A DNA stretch of 36,785 nt, from positions 42,723,344 to 42,760,128 of the forward strand of contig NC_068984.1 of NCBI RefSeq assembly GCF_001194135.2. Direction: 5' to 3'. The number at the start of each line of letters is the position of its first letter. The stretch's first letter is position 1. Below are positions 1 to 11,242 of the stretch, one piece after another. This DNA is from Octopus bimaculoides. Its lineage: Eukaryota. The notes below the pieces were generated by a model. The model worked only from the letters and a program-made list of their open reading frames with translations, was not told the origin of the DNA and ran no database searches. A program made the translations under genes and the position numbers.

Positions 1-108
1 GGAAGGAAGGAAAAAGGAAGGAAGGAAGGAAGGAAAAACGAAGGAAGGAAGGAAAAACGAAGGAAGGAAGGAAGGAAGGAAGGAAAAAAGAAGGAAGAAG
101 GAAGGAAG
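1..108. repeat. (GGAA)n microsatellite, impure
   Basis: Direct reading: ggaa units with short A-run interruptions. Confidence 0.95.
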
Positions 109-3100
109 TTATCCTCTGACCAAAGATCTGTCCCAAATAACTTGCATCAGAGAGAACTCTGTATGAGGCAGCCAAAGTCCAGACGTTAACTACACATGCT
201 CTTTATTCTCTGAAGTATGGCGATAAATACATGCACTCTTTCCTTACACATTTGTGTACCAAAGCTAGAAATCAGTCATACATATCTTGAGTTAAGAGGA
301 ATAACTAAAACTGACCAATATCAACACTAGACAATTAAGTTAAGGGCTGATTTATTGGAAATCGTTTCAAAAATGCTTAATTAATGAGAAATTTTCACAC
401 AGAATAAAACAAATAAATCAATAAAACCTAGCGGTGATTGTTAGCGAGTTGAAACTGAGGAGAGATACTTTCAAATAATGAAAAATTAATATCTCTAAGT
501 TCAGTTATATTTTAAAGCGAAAGTGAAAACTTTCTTTGAAGCAAAGAACAACTGTAGACGTTTTTAGCTCTATTTGACCTCATCAGTTCAGTATAGAACA
601 AGCGCGACGATCAGTTGACATAGACGTTTAAAAAAAAAAAACAGAAACAATTACAAATAAGTTTTGGTGTGTATAATTTTATGATCATACATAAAATCAG
701 CTGAGGAGATAAAATTAGATAAGGAGATAAGTTAAGAAGAAGATTGCTGAACGCAATAAATATATATGTATCGAATATGGAGAGGCCCAGTCTGAACTAA
801 TGTCAGTCAAATTTGGTTGTGTACTTTCACTTCGTTTCACTAACATCGCTAACATCTTCTGTTAACGTAGGAACATAACACATTATTCCGTCTTCCATAT
901 TTTACTGGTTTATGTAACAAATCAAATATAGATTCCTTAATTACTTACGTTAGTATATAATCCAACACATATGGAGGATTTCATATAGTCAGTCGAATAG
1001 ACCGCTTTAAATGACAAGTACTTCCTTTACCGACTCCAGAAAAATTTGAACATATGCATAGAGTGATAGAACTATCTACAATGCAGAAGCTAGAGCGATA
1101 TGTCTCGTCGTTTCTAACATTGCCCTACTTTTAAAATATCGATTAATGTTAGTGTGATATTAATATTGCGAAAAAGTATGTTAACCGACATTGAACTTTT
1201 TTCTCTTAGTTAACAGCACGACTCAACTGCATATGAAATACATAACTCTGACACGCTTCCAATATTGCTGGAATTTATTTAAGAGTAAATGTCTAGACAG
1301 ATAAAATATATATGATAATATGAAAATAAGAAAAAGAACATTATTTCAACTGATGAGTAAAGAATATATGTAATTCTTTTTTTATCCGAAAAATCTGGAA
1401 GACAAAAGAACATAAAATCGGTCGATAGCGTAAGAGCAGGAAAAAAACAAGCCAGTAAAAATACTTCATATGCAATAAAGATAAATATATACTTGTAGTT
1501 AGAAAATACAATATAGAAAGGCAGTAGAAAAACAAAAGGAAACATCTTCCTTACTTACAAGGCTAACAAGTGCTAAACAATTCTAGAGTTGAAAATTGTT
1601 AGCAGACAAAATGGATGGTAAAGAGAACCAAGCAAAAAGTAGACATATAAAAAATATTTAGTAAATGTATGACGAAAACTTGGCAAGAAAAATAAAGAAA
1701 ACAGACAACCAGTTAGAATGTACTTATATTAGACCGATAATGTGGCAAAAGTAAGAAGTGGTTATATGTTTTTTAATCTATTTCCCACCATGATAAAAGA
1801 AAAAATAAACGCCAATCTAATTACATGTTCTACGAAGGATCCGTTGCCTAGTTCAGTGTCCAAAACTTTTGTACAATCTTTTAAATTTCGATTGAGTACA
1901 GATTATATCTGAAATTGATTGTTACAAATTAACAGTTTAAAGGCGAAATTGTGAGCCGAATGGAACTTCCAATTAGCTGTAACAATTAAATACAGAAACT
2001 AGATAAAGACTTTATTAAAATGTTGACAGCTGAGACATAGTATGAAGAAAGCAAAGTATAGAACAAGAACATTTTTACTTAGAATATTGCATCTAAGGAT
2101 AAAATTTCAAAGAAAATATTTAGATTTAGAAAATATTAGCTTTTATTAAAACTAGAAATTTTATTACAAGTTATTACTTCTATTTGTTCTTACTCGTTAT
2201 TGCTTTCATTAAAAATTAGAAATAACTCAAAATATTTTTTGCACTTTAAAAACATTCGTTTTTTTAATTATTTCCCATTTAATCCATGTTTTTTTCCAAG
2301 CTATGCTATTATGCTAATTAATAATGTGTCAAATGTGTTAATTAGCGGTGTCGTTGATAATTTTTTCCTTACCTCAATGACGTCGGTAACATATATTAAA
2401 AGTCTCCTTATAGAACTATATTCATAAAAAAGTATAGAACTATATTATCACCCTCAATTTTGAGAAAGAAATACTCATAATTTTTTTTCTTTTAAAACTT
2501 CAATGCATGAGATTGATACCATGAAATGCCTTGAATTGAGTTCTATCACTTAAGCTTAATTGAAATATAGTTTGTTTTTGAAATAAAAAAAGTTAATTAT
2601 ACTTAAATCCAATTTTTTGCCTTACTTATAATATTTTACCTCACAACATTTTTTATACAAACCTTTGTTGCATGGGAACAAAACTATGAAATCTTTCATG
2701 ATGTCTTTTATCATTGAAGCTAAGATAAATATATTTTGCTTTTAGAATAAAAAAAGTTATTTAGATCTAAACTTGATTGGTGGCATTACTTTCCTAAAAC
2801 GTTGCTACAAATTTTGATGTAAACGTTTTTCTACTGGATCAAATCTAAATTTTTTATGCCAAAATGTAGCAATAAAACACCATACATTTTCTACCAATCA
2901 CTCCACTGGGAAACGAAGACACTCGAAAATGAAATAAAAGCGTGACTATCAAGACCCCAACGAAAGAATATACTAAGCAGGAGGAAAACTAAAAAAAAAA
3001 GCTACATGCAAGGGAGAATATATAAACGATCCGAAAACTTTTTATTCACTTTCCCTTGCCAAGGCACATAAGAGCAAACTTTTCCCTGTCAGTGTCAAAC

Positions 3101-3630
3101 AGTGCAGTTCAAAAAAGCAGAGGAAAATGACACAAGAAAAATAACAGTTGGGTTTCAGTGATTCCTATAAAATCAATCCGGAGCCGATAGCCAAAATATG
3201 CTTCACAGATATTGCCCATTACAGAAGAGTAAATTGCAAATGTCGCTATTTGTAAACTAAAAAGAAAGAATGAAAAGAAAAAAAACATAGCCCAACAATT
3301 TCCGTCATGATTGTTAAAGATTATTCTCTTCAGTTACCAATAAACTTTGTTTTCATTTATGAATACTTTTTAATACAACTTGTAACGTTCCCTTGCTAAT
3401 TAGCAGACACTCCATAAGTTCCTTACTTGATAAGCTTAATATTTAATTAGGGCCACTTCTAGACGTCTATAAGCCAGGTTTTACTTACATTACACAGTAT
3501 GGAATTTTGTTAAGCAGAACGCAACCAGTGATTACCAATCTGCCTCACACAAATCTTTGATCACGTAAAGTAGAGGATATAGTAGAAAACATTAAATGTT
3601 TCAGTTCTATATTTAAAAGATGACGAATTA

Positions 3631-3714
3631 TGTACATTATTTACATTATTTACACTATTTACATTTGATGGATATTTGTCCCCATCTTGTTAGTTGTTAA
3701 CACAATGTTTTGGC
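3631..3714 (-). mobile_element. Inverted copy of the 3' terminal ~80 bp of the adjacent SINE-like element
   Basis: Reverse complement aaaacattgtgttaacaactaacaagatggggacaaatatccatcaaatgtaaata...aatgtaca matches 3909-3980 (gaaacgttgtgttaacaatcaacaagatgaggacaaatatccgtcaaatgtaaata...aatgtaca). Confidence 0.9.
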
Positions 3715-3797
3715 ATATGGCGTTGTGGTTAAGAGCGCAAGCTACTAACCCCAAGATTCTGAGTTCAATTCCTGGCAGTGACCTGAATAACAACAAC

Positions 3798-3828
<31 letters not shown>

Positions 3829-3980
3829 TCGAAAAATACCTTAGGAATGAGAACCCAGGTTCGAAATTTCCCCAAATCACCTGATGAAGGCTGGAGGGTA
3901 TATCAGCCGAAACGTTGTGTTAACAATCAACAAGATGAGGACAAATATCCGTCAAATGTAAATAACATAAATAATGTACA
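3712..3980 (+). mobile_element. tRNA-headed SINE-like element with internal (AAT)n and a Penelope-like 3' region
   Basis: Pol III A-box-like TGGCGTTGTGG (3718-3728), B-box-like GAGTTCAATTCC (3761-3772), internal (AAC/AAT)n 3787-3826, hammerhead-like motif, short repeated tail aatgtaaata. Confidence 0.8.
3876..3921 (+). ncRNA. Minimal type-I hammerhead-ribozyme-like motif with palindromic helix III
   Basis: atcac-CTGATGA-a-GGCTG(gagggtatat)CAGCC-GAA-AC/GT-T-gtgtt: intact core, perfect 5-bp helix II, helix I 4 of 5 pairs, helix III palindrome AACGTT. Confidence 0.65.
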
Positions 3981-4639
3981 GATTAAATGTTGTTATATAT
4001 GGATATTAGCTTGTAGACTACGCGGTTTTACGCAGGATATAACCAGGCAATAGCATTCAATTAAATTCAATAAAGCACAAGTAAATATGATATATTTTTT
4101 TGTTATCAGAGAATTTGTTAAGAATATGTTTAGAACGAATCACGAGCGTTTTCTTTTTCTTCCAAACACGTAACCATATTTGAAGAATGATGTTAACTTA
4201 ATAAAGTAAATTGACAGAACTGTTGATTAACAATTATGTTATCATCAAATAAACTGAACAAAACAGATATACAGTAAATGCAAATTCGAACAATACCAAT
4301 TCGGAAAGCAATTTAAAACAATTCTATACTATCTCCAATTCATTTCTTTCGTAAATCCCACGGGGAATGCAATAGCCTGGACAATCTGTGTATGCGTGTG
4401 GTTTTATTTGTTTGTGTGTGTTCGCGCACGCGCGTGTGTGATTATCTGGTGTATTCAGATGAATATTCACAACTTGAATAGTTCATCGCAATAGAAATGA
4501 ACTCATGAACTTTTAGCCTTTTCCTCAATTGCATGCATAATCGTTGAATCTTTGTTTTCTTTATATAAATCAGAATAAATCAAAATATTTGTCCTTTGTT
4601 TTACATTAATTACTGAGACGTATTTATATTGAAACAATA

Positions 4640-5110
4640 AAACACGATTTCTTTTGATATGTTCTAAGTTTAAACTGTGATAGGGATGGGCAATAATTCA
4701 TTTTTATTGACCAACATCGAAACCTTTTTTCTGTATAATTAACTGGGAGAAAGTCGTTCTGGCGGACCCTAGATGTCTCCAAGCTATTGACTGTCACACA
4801 TGACAGAATTAAGTGGGTCAACAGCTTTTTAATGATGTCAGGAGATGAAGAGTCGCACTCATGACGCTTTTCAGCGCTATGTGGCTAGAGAGAGGAGGGA
4901 GCAGGTTATCTTCACGAATACTTGCATGAGAATTGCTTCCACTAAATGTACCCAAGGACCATGCTGTGGGGTTAAACCCGACTATGTATTGAGTCTGCTA
5001 CTCAAAAATAAGGACGTCGTTCCAACAATCTTCGGCACAAATTCTCTCCATCAAATTTCAGTCTCAGAGCTTTGGATGCCCCGAGGCTATAATAAAAAAG
5101 TGTAGTGCAA
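4640..5110 (-). pseudogene. Possible heavily decayed gypsy integrase C-terminal region
   Basis: Only frameshift-stitched hints (GIQSS, AE/IVGTT, LKSC/THLILSC, GP) in the expected order and orientation after the RT piece; no clean motif. Confidence 0.25.
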
Positions 5111-5159
5111 TGGAATCGAACCCGAAGAAACGGTAGATGTTTTTTCAAAAAGTCCCTGG

Positions 5160-5235
5160 CGAAATTCGATATGCTAGTATCATTCAAAATTTGGTGCCAA
5201 GACGCATCGTTGTATCAGACCATGTTCCTTTGAAA
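5160..5235 (+). other. Inverted duplicate of the gag C-terminal Cys/His knuckle
   Basis: Plus strand translates IC*YHSKFGAKTHRCIRPCSF and is the reverse-complement homologue of 5996-6050. Confidence 0.85.
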
Positions 5236-5900
5236 AAATATTACAACCATTTATTGATGTTGAAAAGTCATGAATATGAGGAATTGGATATTTATCAGGC
5301 TGTTTTGGCATTAAGCTGGTGAAAATCACCACAAGAACGCCAATCAGTCTTATTTTTTTAAACCAAAACTAAAGGTGAATTATTCTTAGCAGTCTTTAAT
5401 TTTTCGGTAGATAGACTACGTAGTCTAGTGAAACTGGGTTGTCCATGAGTTATAATATGGTGAGTGACTGAATGAACAGATTTGGTGTTTGGAGCTAATG
5501 GTTTTGTAATTTCTGGATAGTTTTTCAAAATCCTGTGGTAACGGTTTTCAGAAGATGCCATAAAATACAACGGACTTTAACGTTCAACGTGGTAATGGAA
5601 TCTATGATTTTTTTTTGTTTTTTAACGTCCACCAATAAACTGTAATGTGAAAGAAAATTTGCTCCTAATATAGGATAAGGTAAATCTGCTACTATGAAAA
5701 TCCATTTATATTCTCTTCTTAAATGTAAGTTGATAGTCAAGCTAATCTCTCCAAATATTTTGATGTTAGACTGGTTAACTGCCTATAGTATTAATTGAGC
5801 AGGTTTCGGTTTTTTTGTTAAAAAATTTACTAGACCAAATAGAACAAGCCACCTCTGTATCAACCAAGAGTCTTTGTTTCGAGTTGGAATCAAATACGAA
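5231..5900 (-). pseudogene. pol: Ty3/gypsy pol remnant: aspartic protease and RT N-terminus, with stops and frameshifts
   Basis: RLLVDTEVACS (degenerate DTG, ~5853-5873), WIFIVADLPYPILGANFL, HSVTHHIITHGQP, WRSCGDFHQLNAKT/PDKYPIPHIHDFSTSINGCNIFSK; truncated right after IFSK. Confidence 0.9.
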
Positions 5901-5995
5901 GAATACACGACTTTTCAAAAGATGAACCACAGATTTCATTACGTCTAATTTGTGGTTGAAGTATTTTCCGGCATCTTCTTATTTAAAAAAAATCG

Positions 5996-6809
5996 AAGGA
6001 ACATGGTCTAATACAACGAATTTTGAATGATACCAGCATATCGAATTTTTCCTATCGAATTTTTCCTATCGAATTTTTGAACGAACACGCCAACTTCCAC
6101 TATTACGAACAGGAGAACTCCTGCTGTCTCTTCCAAATTGAAGATTTTCAATTTTATCTGTTAGCATTTTAAACTGTTTTTCGTAATCTCGATTTATATC
6201 TTTCAATTCAGAAGAAATGGAGGATAATGCATTAACAGTCTCCCTGTCAATTTGACTAACTCTTGAATTTTCACTTGATGATGATATATCCAATATACCA
6301 TCTGACAAATCTGCTAACTGTTTAAGAGAGCTTTGTTCTTTAACTGTAGGAAGTAGAGTTTGCATATTGTTTAGTAGCTTATTAAAGAATATTACTTTAA
6401 GAAATGGCTCTTCTATTAGCTGACTACCAAGAAGTTCTCTCATTCTTCTAAGAAGTTGAGAAGGTTTCGCATCATCTAATTGTTCATTATTAAATAATTT
6501 CGCGAATCGTTTCTGTTTGGAGCTGGAAGTTTTGTTTAGTATTTCTTCTTTCACAGAAGAATATGAACCTGGCCTAACAGGGTCTGTTAATAAGTCTCTA
6601 ATTTCGTTGCTCATAAGTGGTAGTAAGTTGCTTAACATAATGTTATAATTCTTTTCTGTTGTTACTCTGTTCCCTTCGAAACTTGCTTCCAATTGAGCAA
6701 ACGAGATTATGCTATCTCCCGTCGATGGGGGAAGTAGAATGGTTACAGAAGCTTGCATATATCCTCTACCAAAATAGGACATTTCAAACTCTTTACTGTT
6801 TTCTTCCAT
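5996..6809 (-). pseudogene. gag: Ty3/gypsy gag ORF (247 aa open), C-terminus disrupted
   Basis: FAQLEASF, YSSVKEEIL, EQLDDAKPSQLLRRMRELLG and ICWYHSKF..CIRPCSF match the gypsy gag pattern; a 14-bp triplication (6041-6078) and a 16-bp deletion break the knuckle. Confidence 0.9.
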
Positions 6810-7069
6810 TAAACTTTAATAGAATGTTGAAGGAGAAAAAAATTTCACTCAGCGAAATATTCCTTTACACAGCTATGAACTATAATTTAGCTTGTTAGAA
6901 AGTGCAACTAAAATACTTTACTACTATTACAGTATTTCTCTTCAACGTTCCTTTCTTGCATCAACCTTGATATTATTAAATATTTCTGTTAGTAAAATTA
7001 TTTTCCTGCTCAATAAAACTGTCTTTAATTTTTAATATTACACTTGATGTATTACTTTTCCCGTTCGGA

Positions 7070-7077
7070 GGTCACCA
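7070..7077 (-). promoter_or_regulatory. Primer-binding site (TGGTGACC)
   Basis: Minus strand ...ttataacTGGTGACCtccg, about 260 bp upstream of the gag ATG and next to the LTR candidate. Confidence 0.7.
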
Positions 7078-7078
7078 G

Positions 7079-7227
7079 TTATAACGGTTGATGTCGGCTT
7101 ATATATGTTGAGTTATCAATTATTTAGTTGCAAGACACAGACAGAACGCCAGAAGTAATATACACTCGTAACGGTGTTCGGCATGTATGATGAAGATACC
7201 GACATTTCACCAACATCACCGTTATAA
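7079..7227. repeat. Short 5' LTR candidate (or MITE) with ~19-bp terminal inverted repeats
   Basis: ttataacggttgatgtcgg ... ccaacatcaccgttataa; abuts the PBS. Confidence 0.5.
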
Positions 7228-9245
7228 GACAGTTCAAATAGGATAAGAAAATGTATATTTTGTAACAAGATGAAGATATCTGTGGACGTGAAATTAAGAA
7301 GTCATGTTTATCTTAAAAATGTTATTTCGTTTCTTCATACTGGGTTGAGTGTATACTCTCGTTGACAAAGGCTTGAGTATAGTTTCATAAGGTGTATGCA
7401 AATAAACCTATAGCTAATTCAATTTCCTTATAATAATACGATGAATGTTCGTAGAGATAAATATCAAGAGAAGGAGGACTGGATTTAGCACCAATCATTT
7501 ATTAACAGAAAGTCAAAATATATAAAACGAATTTATCACAACATAATAGTAATAGGAAAAATTGTAGTACTTAGCATAAAAGGAGTCTGTTGCTAGAATG
7601 ACGTCAGGGAAAATTTGCTTAACTAGTCTCCCAAAACTACTCTAAAAAGATTCAAAAAGGACATGAAGGATGATCAATGCAAAATAGCATTGCCAGAATG
7701 AGTGATAAGATCTCGTATGGCAAACCTAGTGTCACTGGATAATTTTCCCAAAATCAGAGCTTTTATAACTGCCGTAAACCCGATTCTAAGAACCTTTCTG
7801 CATGGAAAAAAAATTCACGAAGATTAGAATCGGCGTATGAACAGACAAATCGACTAATGAAAATGCGTAAGACATTTATAAACAAAAGACAGCCGACACG
7901 ACTATGATGTCATACTGCTGCCAAAGTCTTATAACCGCTATAAAACGTGGTTGCGAAGTAAATTTCTTAACGACTCAGTGCTTGGTGGGAACTTTCAGCT
8001 TACGGTGCTTGTAACCATTGTAAATCGTTGAGAGTTTTGGCATATTGTCGTTGATCAAGAAAACAGGTTTGGGAAAGTGAACTGCGGTGGGGAAGGTGAA
8101 CTGCATTTCTGCAACCTAACCTGCGCAGCTCCATGAAATACGTTGGCTGAATTATGCACTGTTTTCAAAATGACTGGCCAATCCTGCTAAAGCATCATTC
8201 ACTCCTTCATTCTACTGCTTCAAATATATTGCGACTTATTGAACACGTTAGGTTCCAAATATGCGCACTATTTTATTCATTGTTTCATTTCTTGGTGCAC
8301 TGACATGTATCAAAACCCTTAGTTGGTCAGTGATGTGGATACTTGAAAATAGAAAGTAACTATCAACAGTGTGCGCGCTTAATAAATAATATATATATTC
8401 TCTCTAGGGTATATACCTTACAGGATTATGTACTAATATATTTACGAAAAATTATACTTATGAAATGCGAGCTTTACAAATAGTAGAAATAGGAACCTAT
8501 TTCAATATTAGTAGATTTTTAAAGGCATATATTAGTTGAAAATGAATGTCTGCAGTTCAAAATCAAAAGTGTATGATGCCAGACTCAGCTCTTCTGGGAT
8601 TTATTCTTACTGTATAGGTGTTAGCTCACACTAAAATTAAAGTTACTGTAGTTTTACAATGAAAGCAAGCAACAGCGGGACGTTGACATTCGAGGCGATG
8701 GAAAAGTGGACAATTAGCATTGGGTTGACAATTCTTATTCAGTTAAAAGCAATCAATTGCGTCCATGGTTAAAACATTTAGCTCTCAATAGTACAATCTA
8801 CGAACCGGTAATTAGTTGGCGCGAGTGGTATGATTCTTTGATGGAAACATTAGTAACTCTGAGTAATTGATGAATAATTTACTGGCTTGAAGTGCTGGTT
8901 CAACTCATCCCGCAGAGCAAGCTGTATGTGATTACACAAGAAAATAACTAATAAACGCTGATAAACACTTTTTCAATGAGCCCTGGAGATTTGGAGCGTA
9001 TTAAAAGGCGTGTGTGAGGAAATTATATTGTGTAACATACATGTTTTTATTTAAAACATTAATGAGATTAATGAACTGAAATGGCAATTCCAGAAGTCAT
9101 AACGGCTTTCTCATTCTGGATAGCAAAATTGCCTCTTAAAATACTTTTGCTACGTCTGTACCTGCGCCAGAATCATTAGTAACGCAAAGCAAAATAATAT
9201 TCTTAGCAATCAAACCAGAGTCAATGGTCAGCCGCCTAGAAAAGC

Positions 9246-9246
<1 letters not shown>

Positions 9247-9276
<30 letters not shown>

Positions 9277-9417
9277 TGTATGTATGTATATATATATATA
9301 TATGTAAATATATGCATACAGACATACATACATACATACATATATACATACATATAAATAAATGCGTACACAGACACACACACACACACACACAGACACA
9401 CACACACACACACATAT
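9247..9417. repeat. Compound (TG)n/(TA)n/(CATA)n/(CA)n microsatellite
   Basis: Direct reading. Confidence 0.95.
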
Positions 9418-9925
9418 AGGCACACGTATTTGTATATGTATTTATGTATAAATGTATAAACATTACGCATATGCATTACGCACTAAAAGAATGGTTCTTA
9501 TTCTATTGACCTTAGCGTTAAAGGCAACGTCGACTTCGGCAGGATGTGAACTCAGACGCCGTTGGCATTTCAGTACACATTTAGATTGCCACCTCTCATT
9601 TCTTTCACTTCATTGCCTTGTTCTTTTGACGTTTATACATAACGTTCCCAAGGTACTCCTTTTAAGTCACACGGATCCCAAGAGTTGTGTACTAATCTTC
9701 CATTTCCGTAGCCCTACGTAGACATAAAGAAATCTATCACCGGATAAGACGTTGCGTGTTCTCTCTAAATTCTTGCTGTAATATTCTAATGCTTGCCTGT
9801 GTTTAGGCCAATGGGAATTAGTGAAACGAATTTACAGTAAACGGAGATCGAAGCCTTTTCGTAGTTTTCATTCGCCAGCAACCAACGGCATACACCACTA
9901 AACTATTATTAAAATGTGAACAAAT

Positions 9926-10086
9926 GGCGCAGGAGTGGCTGTGTATTAAGTAGCTTGCTTACCAACCACATAGTTCCGGATTCAGTCCCACTGCGTGGCA
10001 CCTTGGGCAAATGTCTTCTACTATAGCCTTGGGCCGACCAAAACCTTATGAGTGGATTTGGTAGACAGAAACTAAAAGAAATCCGT

Positions 10087-10119
<33 letters not shown>
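9926..10119 (+). mobile_element. SINE family A, 5' half (tRNA-like head, CORE-like segment), running into (TG)n and a gap
   Basis: A-box-like tggctgtgtatt, B-box-like ggattcagtccc, ggcaccttgggcaaatgtctt (similar to the MIR CORE motif gaccttgggcaagt); homologous to 11105-11245 on the minus strand. Confidence 0.85.
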
Positions 10120-10853
10120 NNNNNNNNNNNNNNNNNNNNNNNNNNNNNNNNNNNNNNNNNNNNNNNNNNNNNNNNNNNNNNNNNNNNNNNNNNNNNNNNN
10201 NNNNNNNNNNNNNNNNNNNNNNNNNNNNNNNNNNNNNNNNNNNNNNNNNNNNNNNNNNNNNNNNNNNNNNNNNNNNNNNNNNNNNNNNNNNNNNNNNNNN
10301 NNNNNNNNNNNNNNNNNNNNNNNNNNNNNNNNNNNNNNNNNNNNNNNNNNNNNNNNNNNNNNNNNNNNNNNNNNNNNNNNNNNNNNNNNNNNNNNNNNNN
10401 NNNNNNNNNNNNNNNNNNNNNNNNNNNNNNNNNNNNNNNNNNNNNNNNNNNNNNNNNNNNNNNNNNNNNNNNNNNNNNNNNNNNNNNNNNNNNNNNNNNN
10501 NNNNNNNNNNNNNNNNNNNNNNNNNNNNNNNNNNNNNNNNNNNNNNNNNNNNNNNNNNNNNNNNNNNNNNNNNNNNNNNNNNNNNNNNNNNNNNNNNNNN
10601 NNNNNNNNNNNNNNNNNNNNNNNNNNNNNNNNNNNNNNNNNNNNNNNNNNNNNNNNNNNNNNNNNNNNNNNNNNNNNNNNNNNNNNNNNNNNNNNNNNNN
10701 NNNNNNNNNNNNNNNNNNNNNNNNNNNNNNNNNNNNNNNNNNNNNNNNNNNNNNNNNNNNNNNNNNNNNNNNNNNNNNNNNNNNNNNNNNNNNNNNNNNN
10801 NNNNNNNNNNNNNNNNNNNNNNNNNNNNNNNNNNNNNNNNNNNNNNNNNNNNN
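10120..10853. other. Assembly gap (N)
   Basis: N run. Confidence 1.
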
Positions 10854-10885
<32 letters not shown>

Positions 10886-10887
10886 CG

Positions 10888-11242
10888 CTTATCTTACACT
10901 TGCTTCAATCATTTGGCTGTGGCCATGCTAGGGCACCACTTCGAACGAATCGAGCAACCACCCCAGCCTCTAGTACTTCTCCTTTAAAATCTGGTACCTA
11001 TTAAAACCGCTGTTTAAGCGGTGATGGGAACAAAGGCAGACGCAATGTCGCATGTACGCACGCACACGCGCGCGCACACACATACACAACATTACATATA
11101 TTTTTAACGGGTTTCTCTTAGTTCCCGTCTACCAAATCCACTCACAAGGCTTTAGTCTGCCCAAGGCTATAGTACAAGATACTTTTCCAAGGCGATACGG
11201 AGTGGAAGTGAGACTGGACCCCGAATTTTGTGGTTGGGGAGC

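Larger units (their letters stand above)
5231..7231 (-). mobile_element. Decayed, 3'-rearranged Ty3/gypsy LTR retrotransposon
   Basis: Order LTR candidate - PBS - gag - PR - RT on the minus strand; no matching 3' LTR seen in the window. Confidence 0.88.

Noticed and set aside
551-592. Minus-strand hammerhead-like string actgaa-CTGATGA-ggtcaaatagagct-aaaaac-gtc-tacagt
   Set aside because: Helix I pairs at 5 of 6 positions, but G12 is missing and helix II does not close; at best a dead relic, possibly chance.
1346-1395. CTGATGA...CCGAAA
   Set aside because: No helix II adjoining the core and no helix I or III pairing.
3718-3785. tRNA gene at the SINE head (also the heads of families A and B)
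   Set aside because: A/B boxes are present but the acceptor and anticodon stems do not pair and there is no T-run terminator; these are SINE heads.
4845-5105. 86-aa plus-strand ORF in frame with the inverted knuckle
   Set aside because: No gag-like or other recognisable motif; probably antisense to decayed retroelement sequence.
10048-11004. Long ORFs spanning N gaps (also 20669-21212, 32166-32913, 34574-35671)
   Set aside because: Artefacts of translating N runs and dinucleotide repeats.
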